This document shows, in pieces, positions 13,764 to 25,450 of a DNA stretch of 64,000 nt. The stretch covers positions 9,606,968 to 9,670,967 of the forward strand of contig CM119264.1 in NCBI GenBank assembly GCA_051294375.1, given 5' to 3'. Position 1 is the first letter of the stretch. Every line of letters starts with the position of its first letter. The notes beneath the pieces are model-generated. The model searched no databases, had not been told where the DNA came from, and saw only the letters and a program-made list of their open reading frames with translations. Made by a program: the position numbers and the translations under genes. This stretch comes from Paraspadella gotoi (taxonomy: Eukaryota > Animalia > Chaetognatha).

Positions 13764-14282
13764 AAAAAAGCGCTGAAGTGGAAAGTATTGCGCGGATTGA
13801 AAGGAAGTGGCTGAGGAAAGGAGAGAGAAAGGATAAGTGATCCGAGAAAAGAAAAATCCAAACAGAAAAGAAAAGAGAAAACTTATCGTTGACTTTCTTC
13901 TCGTTTCTCAAACTAGAAGATACGTCTCTTTCATTAGAAATAATGATATCGAGAGAAAAAAAGCCCCTAAAATAAATTCATTTNNNNNNNNNNNNNNNNN
14001 NNNNNNNNGATTCACATTACCGACGGAGAGAAAGGAAGAGAAGAGAAGGAGAGAGAGAAGAGACAGAGGGGACGGAAGAGAGAAGAGAGAGAGAGTGGAG
14101 GGGCGGTCTCTGTTGAGATTCAACGTCGTGCCGGTGCAGTCACAGTTGAACTCGGCGGTACGCAGCCAGATGCGCGCTAGATCCGATCGCTTCCGGCGCC
14201 GATCCGCCCTCATTCCCAACTCCATTCCCAGACCTGCGATCGCTCTCATCTCTCTCTCTCTCTCTCTCTCACTTCTTCATTC

Positions 14283-14622
14283 TTATTATGCCTTGGAATA
14301 TTTGTCCTCAGTGATTTCTGGCAAGATAATCATATCACACATTACAGTTATCAGTATCTTTGTGACTGAAAATATAAAAGGAATACATTTCAAGTATTTC
14401 ATTTTACTGACGGCCGTCAATTCCATTTTTCGGTCAGCTCGGACCACCCTGAGATAACCTCCCTATCACTACGCTCCGCCTCGCTTCCATCCTTCTTCGT
14501 CGAATAACACCAAACTCCTTTTTTCTTTCTTTTATTCATCTTCCGAAGAGAGAGAGAGATAGAATAGAGAGAGGAGAAGAGAATAGATAGAGAGAGAGAG
14601 AGAGGAGGAGAGAGAGAAGAGA

Positions 14623-14657
<35 letters not shown>

Positions 14658-17600
14658 AGAGAAAGAGAGAGAGAGAGAAGAGAGAAAGAGAGAGAAAGAG
14701 AAAGAAATTCAATATCAAAAGAAAGAATCGGGAGCTGGCTTTATTAGTTTCCCTTATTTTTTTTTACATTGAAAGAGAAAAAAATGTGGGAAAATCAAAA
14801 ATAACGATCAAAAAAAAGAAAAAAAGGAAAAAAAAGGAAAAGATTAGTATGAAGAAGTAAAAACTACGTAGAAAACCAAATGAGATGGAAAAATAAATGA
14901 AGAAAAATGGAACAGTATTCAAAGGAGAAAATAAGAGAAAAAAAAAAACAAACAAAAAAAAAAAAGAGAGAAGAATGAGCAAAACGATCGAAAATGAAAT
15001 TGTCACTCCCCTCCTTTTTTCAAGGAAAAAAGTAAAAAGTTTGGATTCAAAATATTTTTGGTTACCCCAATTTTCTTTCCTTTTTCTTTACATAAATTCA
15101 CTCGAGGCTCTGAAGCGCTGCCGCTCTCATCGCCATTGTCGTCGTCGTTGTGGCAGTCGTCTCTCGTCGTCGTCCTCGTCGTCGTTACCAATCGTCGGGG
15201 TTGCAAACGCCATCGTCGCAATCAGCTTTACGATTTCCTTCGAATCATCGTCGTTACAAGTTTTGTTTTTGCAATCGCAAACTGTAAAATCCTTCGTCGT
15301 ATCGAAATTCTAGACTCGATGACGTTCATCCATCTCTCTAATTTTTGTTTTCGATTCCGACGTGAGTTTTTTTTTTTTTTTAGCAGCACGCCTCAAGCCT
15401 AATGGTAACCACGAAATCAAACAAGTAAACAAGTTTGACACAAAAATATAGCAGTACCCAAAGTGGGGAAATGTCCAAAGTATCGTCTCACCTCACCAAC
15501 CAGAGAAATTAATCGAACAGGCTTAAACGATTAACCTTAACCTTTTTTTTTTAAATTTTCTTCACCCTGCTCTTAATCTCCCCTTTGACTTCTCCCCACC
15601 TCCCCTAGCCATTTTACTCCCCGAATCGATCTCCCAAACGCCTTCGCTCTTTTATTCCACACAATCAGGCCCACAGTTTTTAATTTTTTTCGAAGTTAAA
15701 ATTTCAATTTCGAATTTTTTCTCTTTTCCGTTTACTGTGCCATATAAAAGAAAAAACAAGAGCTAATCGGCTCTCAGCTCGCCCGTTGGCGGTTTCGGTT
15801 TTGGACGTATATTTTTTTTTCCATTTCCTATTCCTTCAACATTCCCGCTAAGACGTTGAGTTGAGAAAGAAAGATTCCCTCTGGCTTTTTCGGGCGGGCC
15901 TTGGGACTGGGGACTGGGGATTGGTAAGGGAGATGAAAGGTGGCCGGTCATGGGGGAAAGGAGAATTATCCTGCGGTGTTAGGCTTTGGCCGAGTAGTGG
16001 AAATGGAAATTAAAACCGAAAAGGAGGCGTCACAATCAAAACAAACACGGATTTATCTTCATTAGGTTCCAGGTAATTTTTTTTATTTTGAAATTCAAAA
16101 TATAGTAATGGAATTTGAAGAAAAAAAAAGGTGAAATCCTTTTATGGAATCGAAAACATAATCTCCAAAAACATTGACTCTATTTATATGAAATCTCACG
16201 GGCGCTTTACTTTTTGAATTCAATAAGGAAACTGACGCCAATATTTCAGACGAAGAAGCTTCTACCGTTCCACGATTTTGACGCTTTTCGTAAAGTAAAC
16301 GTGCGTCTTTAGGATAAAAATGAAATAAAATCCGTTGATTTGTGACGCCTCTTTCCGTTAACTTTCCATCCACTACGCCAACCTAACACCGCAGGATAAT
16401 TCTCCTTTCCCCCCAAGACCGCACCTTTCATCTCCCTTACCCAATCCCCAGTCCCCAGTCCCCAAGGCCCGCCCGAAAAAAGCAGAGGGACATATTCTTT
16501 TCAAACTCAACGTAGCGGAATGTTTGAAGGAAAGAAATGGAAAAAAATACGTCCAAACCGAAACCGCCAACGGGAGCGAGAGCCATATGCTCTGTTTTTT
16601 CTTTATAGGCACAGTAAACGAAAAGAGAAAAATTCGAAATGAAATTATAACTTCGAAAAAATAAAACTGTGGGCCTGATTGTGTGGGAGAAAAGAGCGAG
16701 CGTTGGGATCGATTCGGGGAGTAAAATGGAAGGGGAGGTGGGAGAAGTCAAGGGGAGATAAAGAGCAGGGTGNNNNNNNNNNNNNNNNNNNNNNNNNNNN
16801 NNNNNNNNNNNNNNNNNNNNNNNNNNNNNNNNNNNNNNNNNNNNNNNNNNNNNNNNNNNNNNNNNNNNNNNNNNNNNNNNNNNNNNNNNNNNNNNNNNNN
16901 NNNNNNNNNNNNNNNNNNNNNNNNNNNNNNNNNNNNNNNNNNNNNNNNNNNNNNNNNNNNNNNNNNNNNNNNNNNNNNNNNNNNNNNNNNNNNNNNNNNN
17001 NNNNNNNNNNNNNNNNNNNNNNNNNNNNNAAAAAAAAAAAAACTCACGTCGGAATCGAAAACAAAAATGAGAGAGATGACGTCATCGAGTTAGAATTCGA
17101 TGACGACGAAGGATAATTACAGTAGCGATTGCAAAAACAAAACTGTAACGACGATGATTCGAAGGACAATCGTAAAGCCGATGACGACGATGGCGTTTGC
17201 AACCCCGACGATGGTAACGACGACGAGGACGACGACGAGGACGACGGCCACAACGACGACGACAAATGGGAGAGAGCGAGCGCTCAGAGCCCGAGTGAAT
17301 TATGTAAAGAAAAGAGGAAGAAAATTGGGGGAAAGACCAAAATATTTTGAATCCAAACTTTTACTTTTTCCTTTTTGAAAAAAGAGGGGAACTGACAATT
17401 TCATTTCGATCGTTTGCCATTCTTCTCTCTTTTTTTTGTTGTTTTTTTTTTCTCCTTATTTTTCTCCTTTTGATAACTTTCCATTTTTTTCTTCATTTAT
17501 TTTCCATCTCATTTGGTTTTCTACGTATTTTACTTCTTCATACTTAATCTTTTCCTTTTTTTCCTTTTTTTCTTTTTTTGATTTCGTTATTTTGATTTTC

Positions 17601-18153
17601 CCACATTTTTTTCTCTTTCAAAATGTGAAAAAGAAGGAAAACTAAAAAGCAGCTCCCGATTCTTTCTTTTGAATGAATTTCTATATCTCTCTCTCTTTCN
17701 NNNNNNNNNNNNNNNNNNNNNNNNNNNNNNNNNNNNNNNNNNNNNNNNNNNNNNNNNNNNNNNNNNNNNNNNNNNNNNNNNNNNNNNNNNNNNNNNNNNN
17801 NNNNNNNNNNNNNNNNNNNNNNNNNNNNNNNNNNNNNNNNNNNNNNNNNNNNNNNNNNNNNNNNNNNNNNNNNNNNNNNNNNNNNNNNNNNNNNNNNNNN
17901 NNNNNNNNNNNNNNNNNNNNNNNNNNNNNNNNNNNNNNNNNNNNNNNNGAAGGATGGGAAGCGAGGCGACGTAGTGAAGGGAGGTTATCTCCAGGGTGGT
18001 CCGAGCTGACCGAAAAATTTTGAATGACGGCGTAAGAAAATGAAATACTTGAAATGTATTTCCTTTTATATTTCAGTCCAAGATACTGATAACTGTAATG
18101 TTGTGAATGATTATCTTGCAGAAATCAGAGGACAAAATATTCCACGGCATAAA
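14283..18153. repeat. Long inverted repeat, arms ~14283-16070 and ~16310-18153, spacer ~240 bp
   Basis: e.g. GGAGAATTATCCTGCGGTGTTAGG (15960) vs CCTAACACCGCAGGATAATTCTCC (16382); GTCAGCTCGGACCACCCT (14433) vs AGGGTGGTCCGAGCTGAC (17993). Confidence 0.92.
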
Positions 18154-21100
18154 ANNNNNNNNNNNNNNNNNNNNNNNNNNNNNNNNNNNNNNNNNNNNNN
18201 NNNNNNNNNNNNNNNNNNNNNNNNNNNNNNNNNNNNNNNNNNNNNNNNNNNNNNNNNNNNNNNNNNNNNNNNNNNNNNNNNNNNNNNNNNNNNNNNNNNN
18301 NNNNNNNNNNNNNNNNNNNNNNNNNNNNNNNNNNNNNNNNNNNNNNNNNNNNNNNNNNNNNNNNNNNNNNNNNNNNNNNNNNNNNNNNNNNNNNNNNNNN
18401 NNNNNNNNNNNNNNNNNNNNNNNNNNNNNNNNNNNNNNNNNNNNNNNNNNNNNNNNNNNNNNNNNNNNNNNGTTTTCAATCTCACTGAAATGTTTTGGGC
18501 CACGTCATAAGTAAATCCTTATTTGTTTTTCTTTAAAACAACCGTCATTTTTTTTTGGTAGAATTTATTTGTTTCTTCTTCTGTTGTTTTGTTTACTCTT
18601 GATGAATGAAATAAGTGACTAATCACGGGGAAAAAAATCTCACAGGAATAAATTTAGGAATTAGTAGAATTTAGTTTAATAAATTAACTTAAAAAATTAA
18701 AGATAGAAAAGAAAAACGGTTAGAAGGGAAAACGCAGTTAAACCCCAAAAAATGATATACATTGAAAGAAATGGCACTTTAAAGTAACCAATCAATTATA
18801 AAAAAAAAGAAAGAAACATTTAACGACAGGAATTTTCAAAAATAAAATGTATTTGAGAATGGGGAAAAAAAATTTTTTGGGGGAAAATTCAAACAATAAA
18901 AGGGAAAAAGGTTCAAATGGGGGGGGGGTTGACGGGGGAAAAGTTGTCGCTTCTCTTATTTTCTTCCGAATTTCTTCGATGTTTACAAAAGAAAATAAGT
19001 TGTGTGGTTTTTCCATCTGCCGTGCTTCCGCCTGAGCCGCAGCCTGCCGCTCACCGCTCGCCGCTCGCCGCTCGCCGTTCGCCGCTCGCCGACACCATAT
19101 CGTTGGAAGACGGGATTACAAATCTTCCGACTGGCAGACTCACTACAAAGATTGGGATGAAAGAAGCCAGAAAACCCAGNNNNNNNNNNNNNNNNNNNNN
19201 NNNNTCTAAACCATCTCTCCGCTGTCTCTCTCTCTATCTCCTCTCTCTCTCTCTCTCTCTCTCCTCTCTCCTCTCTTTCTCTCTCTCTCTCCTCCCTCTC
19301 TCTCTCTTCCATCTCTTCCCATGGTCGAGAATTCTCGTTGCCCCTACCTGCTCCTTTCCTCTCCCCTTTTTCTGTTACCGCATCCCTCCCCTCGCGGGAG
19401 TCATCGATCTTGATTCATCGACTGGAATATGCAAAATCGGAGATTGTTTGTGTATTAAAAACCGAACTGGCGAATGAGAACCGAAGCAAATTCGACAAAA
19501 CTTCTCTCCCAAAAGTTTTTCCACTTCGACTCCACGAAACCCAAACAAAGAAAGCGAAAAAACGAAAAAAGCAACGAAACACAACAAAGAAGAAAACTCA
19601 ACCCATTGATAACGAATATAAACTCTCTCCTCGAATGTAAAAATAAAGAAAGATTAAACAACAAAACTCAAACCGAAACCAAACAAAAACTACAAAATAA
19701 ACCAAAGGAAAATTAAAAAAATTCCACATATATATATTAAGTCTCTGAACCTTTAAAACAAAAAGCATCAGAATCTATTTTCGTTCGCCCCGCTTCATCA
19801 CAAAAATGTGTCCGGTCTCTCGGACCCCTTCCCACAAAAAAAAAAAAAAGGAAAAAAACCTTTCACGATCACCTCGTGTGATCTCAGCTGACAGAAATTT
19901 CGGAATCCTTGCCAAAGCAGGAATGCTCGAACACTAAAAAAAAAAAACAAAAAAAAAAAAAAACAAAAAACAAAAAAACAGAAGAGAGAAAAGAAGGGAA
20001 ATGTCGCGAAAAAAAATCAGATTTTTCTCTCGACGTATTTTTTTTTTTTTCCCCTATTTTTTCTTTTTTTTTTTCTCTCGAAGCACGAGCTCATATATCA
20101 TATATAATTTCTAGATCCGAGTCAGTCGCGCGTGCGACGTCCCGGCCGCTCTCACCCACCATCCCCTTCACGCGCAAGCCCAAGCTTGCCCGACTCTGCG
20201 CCCGCCGCTGCTACCGGACCGCTGCTCGCCTCCCTCCCCATTCGCCTTCACCCGCCTCGCCACCGCGGCTCCACGCAGAAGCGTACGACCGGAAAAAAGT
20301 CTCTCTCTTTTTTTCTCCCTTCCTTTTCAACAACGAGCTCTCATTTTAACACCCCCCCCCCCCCTCTCCCCGCCCGAATCTCCCCCCCCCCCCGTCCCAC
20401 CGTCACGCTCTTCGATCTACCTACGACTAGCCTCACGCTGTCATGCCCTTCGACGCCCTCCGACTTCCCTGGCGAAGAAAGAAACACGAGTCACACCCCA
20501 CGCCCTTATATACTTTTTCTTTTTTTCTCTCTCCTCTCTCTCTTCCCTCTGCTGACTTTGCCCTTGAAAAACGGGATACGTTTCTTTTTTCCAACCAAGT
20601 AGTAGAACTAGTGAGAATCGATTATGTCCGCTAGTCCCCGCGTACCGTCCTCGTTCGTTGTGGACGTCGCTGTGGGTGCGCCACAGGCCGGATGTTAGCG
20701 ATGGGGCCGGGGGGGGGGGGGGGCGCCTTTCGTCCTTTCGTTTTTGTGCTTTTAGCGGAAAAGATGTTCAGCCTTTCTGAATCGCTTCGAAGATGAGGGA
20801 CGAAGAAATAAAGTCTATTTAGGAGAGAAAAAGCTAAGAAACACGCGACTTAGAGTAATTGGATAGAAAGCGAAAGGGAAAGAAAGAAAAGAAAGAAAGA
20901 TAAACACTAACAAAAAAAAGAGAAAGAAAAAAAAAAAGAACAGAAATAAAGAGCGAGAAAAAAAAAAACACAAAAAAAAAGAAAAGAAAGAAAGAAAGAG
21001 AAAGAAGGAGGAAAGAAGAAAGAAAGATAAGTAAGAAGGAAAGAAAAGCAAAAAAATAAAGAAACAAAGACGCGAAACAAAAAAAAAGAAAAAAAACAGA

Positions 21101-21479
21101 ATAAAAAAACAAAGAATGTTAACGACAGTAAAAAGAAGAAAAAGAAAAAAGAAAACAGAAATACAACCAAAACCGAAAACGACCCGAATGAATCTATACA
21201 GATTCTCGGAAGACTCAGCGACCCGACCCGCGCTCGTCAGCGTTACTGTATTTTCTCTCGAGTCTTTTCGATCTTTTAAAGCTGTGACCGACAGCGAGCC
21301 CCTTCAAAACTGAGTCATGCCCGGCTCAGGTGAGTTTTTGGGTCGTGTTTATGAAAAATCATAGCCTCATTGGACGATTGTTGTTGGTTTGTGGTTTTTG
21401 TTTGTTTGTTTTGTATTTGTTGTTTCATTCGAATCTCTCGAAAAACCAAAAACATCAAGTTTCGATTCACGATTCGTCA

Positions 21480-22020
21480 ACTTCCGTCGTCGTTCCTCGT
21501 CTTCTATTATTCGTTGTCTCGTCGTCGTGGCCGTTCCCGTCTTCCTCGGTCTTTCCTCATTATTCGTTCGTCGTCAGGTCGTCGTCCGTCGTCGCAGTCG
21601 TCGTTTTAATTCTCGCCGCAACAATCGTCACCAATACTATGTTCTTCGTCGTCAGTCGTCTCAGCCCTCGTCGTCGTCGTCTTCCTCCTCCTCAGTTCTT
21701 TCCTATTATTCGTCTTCCGTCCTGTCGTCTCAGTCCGTCGTCGTCGTCGTTTAAATTCTCGCGTAACCATCGTCATCCAGTTACTATGTCTTCGTCGTCG
21801 TCCTGTCCGGTCGTCGTCCTGTTCTTCCTCCTCCCGTCTTCCTATTTCATTCGTCGTCTCGTCGTCGTCGTCCTCGTCGTCGTGCGTTAAATTCTTCGCG
21901 GTCAACATTCTCACCAGTTACTATGTCTCGTGTCGTCGTCGTCGTTCTGTCGTTCTTGCCTCCTCGTCTTTCCTAGTTATTCGTTCAGTCTTCTCGTCGT
22001 CTCAGTTCGCTCGTCGTCGT
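21480..22020 (+). repeat. Degenerate ~140 bp tandem repeat (about 3.5 copies) rich in (CGT)n
   Basis: Anchor TTAA(A)TTCTCGC...CACCA..TACTATGT recurs at ~21607, ~21751 and ~21886. Confidence 0.8.
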
Positions 22021-22025
22021 CCCAC

Positions 22026-22109
22026 CGAAGCCGTTCCGTTTGGTAAGGAACAGGCAATCAAAGGGAAAATTCTCCCACCTCTTGTTCATCACGGGAACGA
22101 AGAATCGAC
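22026..22109 (-). CDS. Candidate internal exon, product unknown
   Basis: AAG acceptor, GTGGG donor, 84 nt, phase 1-1; (G)RFFVPVMNKRWENFPFDCLFLTKRNGF(G). No family recognised. Confidence 0.3.
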
Positions 22110-23379
22110 CTTGGACGACGCGATGAGAGCCGAGAGACCGAGAGAGGAGCGATCTAGAGGAGCGAGACGAGGAGGAGGAGACGCGTATGAGAGAGAGCTC
22201 AGAGAGAGAAGCGATGGAGAGAGAGCAGACGAGAGAGAGCGACGACCCACCAGAGTGATTCGAGTTTCTTCCTTTCTATTTCTTTCTTTCTTTCTTTCCT
22301 TTTCTTCTTCTCTTTCTTTCTTTCTTTCCCTTCTTTCTTCTCTCAATTCTTCGTTTTTCCGACCGACTCAGAAAAGTTGCTGAAATTGCGTAGGTCCGTA
22401 CTATATAAAGAGTTGTGTTGTTATTGCCAGCGTTTCGCAACGTGCTTGCGTGTTTGCACACGAAAGTTCGTTGCCGCTGCGACAAAACTCCCATTTTTCA
22501 ATGGATTAAATTTAGTTTTAGACACAAAAATCTGAACGAATAACGTACACAAACTTTGTTTAATCGTTAGTAAACCTGACATGAGAATGTTTATAAACTG
22601 CAAACAAGGATGGATGCGAAAATAACAAATGTTTTTTTTGCTCACTCTCCATTTTTGTACTTCAAGCCATGACCGGCAAAAGCCGGTTCAGGCTTGACTT
22701 ATTCATTATCGGGGTGGCTTCTTTGTGACGTATTCTCGTCCGTCATCGCGTCGTCGGTCGTCCGTCACGCTGTTTTTCCTAAACTATAAAAAATACACAC
22801 TACTACGCTTTTATAGGTTTGGTCTGTGATCTACCGTTATTTTTTAAATTAAAATTATTATGAATTATGGATAAGAGCGGTATTTACAAAAGTCGTGCAT
22901 TCACCAGTAAGTAAAATAATTTAATATGGCTTCTCATCTGAAACTTAGCTTTGATATTTTCTTATTACATTGATGATTTAAATATGTTTGTTGAATTTCC
23001 ACTCATTATATAATTTACTGCAATATTGCCAAAATAGTTAGTTAGTACCATTATATATCCAAATTCAGTATATAGAAATGCTTTTAACATCTAAATCACA
23101 CTAATCTGGCAGTAATAATATTGAAGATGATTCAAAAATTTATTTTTTCTTTTAATCTCTAATACAATGGGAACCTCCCAATATAACCTACTTTTTAATG
23201 AGAAGAAGCATATTCTTAATTTTAATACAATAAATAAAAAAATCTTTACAAGCTGCGATTGGAAAAAAAATTTGGAAATTTCAAATTTGCTAAACCCATT
23301 ATTGTAACATTTTCTTGCCTTCCTTTTTTATTTATTTTATTTCTTTTTCTCTTTATTTCCTTATGTTGTTCGCATGAGC

Positions 23380-25450
23380 ATTTATGTTGGAATGTTTAGT
23401 ACAAGGAGATTATGATGATAATATTCAAGAATGGAAATTTTTAAGTTTAGTGTTGATAGGAGACTGAAACTGACCAGCGCAAAAAGATAGGTGTGATTAG
23501 AATGATTGAGAAGGAAGAAGTAGAACTGGTTCTAAGGGGAATGGCCTGCTGTAAGTCGCCTGGGCTATGGTTTCCCTGCAGATCTGGAAAATGCTTTTGG
23601 GATTTCGGTGGCAATGAACTTTATGGAGTGATTGAATGGGTTTTCTTTGAGATTTGGACAAGGTGACGAGGTCAATGTCAGAGGGTCAGAGGAGCTGTTC
23701 GTCTTATAATAAATAAGGTGATGAGAGGATGTCAAAATTAAGACCTGTCAGTTATATTTAAATGTAATTATAAAATTGATAATGGTTTGTATTTAAGGCA
23801 CGATTCAGTTTAGAATGTTTTACTGGGATTGGTGCATGAGGATAGGCAGGCTTACCAGGGAGAATATCAGATGTTTGGCATGTAATAAGGATGTCAATTG
23901 TTGATTATTGTAGACTCATAGGTAGGAGGCGACTTTACGGTCTCTTTTAGATCTTGAGAAATGTTTTGACAGGTGTTGACCACCCAGTATGGTTTTAAAG
24001 ATTTAAAAAAAATTTGGTTTGGTTAGAAATATTAATTAGTTGCGCGCGGTGTAAGACACATCAATAAGGTAACTCAGTTAGCATATTAGTTAATGGGCAT
24101 TAGGTTCGATTGAGATTTTTGATTGAACAGGTGATTGTGACAGGTGATTCTCCTTCAATGACGCTATATTATTTTAGTTGCAAGAGGTATTTGCCAATCT
24201 CCATTAGAAGGATAAAGATAGAAGGTATTAAAATTAAAGGGCTGAAAGAAAAGTGGGGGTCTATGTCGATATGACACCCAGGGTTTCCTGGGGTCAGAAG
24301 CATCGGATAAAAGCATCGGTTTTTTAGAGAGTTTATGGAAAAGGCAGTACGTTATGAAAGCAGCAGCAGGGTCAGGGTTAACAGAAGTAAGTCAGTAGGG
24401 TTGTGGGTTAGGGCCTTGGAAAGATAAACCTTAGAATAAACCTAAGGATTTTCTGTGGTTCTGACCTGGGGGAAAGACATTGCAAAGGTCTTAGGAATGT
24501 GGGGAGTTCGAGGGCGGTTGATTTTATAAAAGCAAATTTTGTGATGTTTTTTAAGGTATTTAAAGTCCAAAAGCGTTTTTGACCCTCTGGGGTGGGAAAA
24601 AATCGGCCATTGTCAACTTAGGAAGCGGCAAAGGGGTTACTAATATATCTTTATTTTCTTTATATGTATAGAAACGGAATTCGTTGACGCCTCCAGTCGG
24701 GAGATAGTGATGCTTAGAAACTGAGTACAAAAAATTGGGATGTTTTATGGTAGAAAGAGATTTGCTTAAGGATAGGCTGAGGGATTCTTCTTATTTAATG
24801 GTGTAGCTCAATTAATGGATATTAGAGATAAGGTTTTAGAAGCACCCAGAGAATAATGGGATAAAAGGTTTGTTAAGCCCATGGCCCGAAGGAATCTTTT
24901 TCTAGAGTTTTAGTTGGATGAGCTTATTGGAGGACAAGCAGTGTGCGCTTATGGATTGGATAGCCTTAGGGCAAATGTAGCGGGATTACCTTTGGTATTA
25001 GTCGGGTTTTATTCTAGGCTTAAGGGGTTGGTCATGCTTGCCTTTCAAATCGAACACCGTAGTGTGCCTGTTGATGGTACCACTTATTATATAATACAAA
25101 GCTGTGACTGATTCAAATGGCAATAGTTTTAAAGTCGCCGGTTTAGTAATATAAGTTTAGAACGGGAGAGAATTAGACTGTTGGTCATCTTGGAATATGC
25201 AATAAATGAAACCCGACCCGCCTCTCCAGAGGAAAGGATTTTTGATATAATGTATAGGAGGGTAACGGGAACAATTTTGAAATATATCCAACTGATCCAT
25301 CCTCCCTGATTCTTTTTAACAGGGGTAAATGGAGCAATTTAGAACGCGTAGCTGAAATGTCTATTTGGGAAACTTCTCTCAATTGGAGGGAGGTAATAAA
25401 AAGTAGTAAGAATAGTACAGTTGAAATGTAGCAAAATGCGTAATACGCGT
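23380..25450 (+). mobile_element. Degenerate non-LTR retrotransposon ORF2 (L1/Tx1-like reverse transcriptase); boundaries approximate
   Basis: RT motifs in the expected order across frameshifts: GLPGR (~23848), LDLEKCFDR-VDH (23947-23983), QGDS...MTLYI (~24140), YV(D) at the YxDD position (~24262), RVNRSKSVGLW (~24375), KVLGM (~24485). The G/T-rich, CpG-poor composition differs from the flanks. Confidence 0.8.

Noticed and set aside
21480-22020. CRISPR-like repeat-spacer array
   Set aside because: Whole units including the intervening sequence are homologous, the context is eukaryotic, and no cas genes are present.
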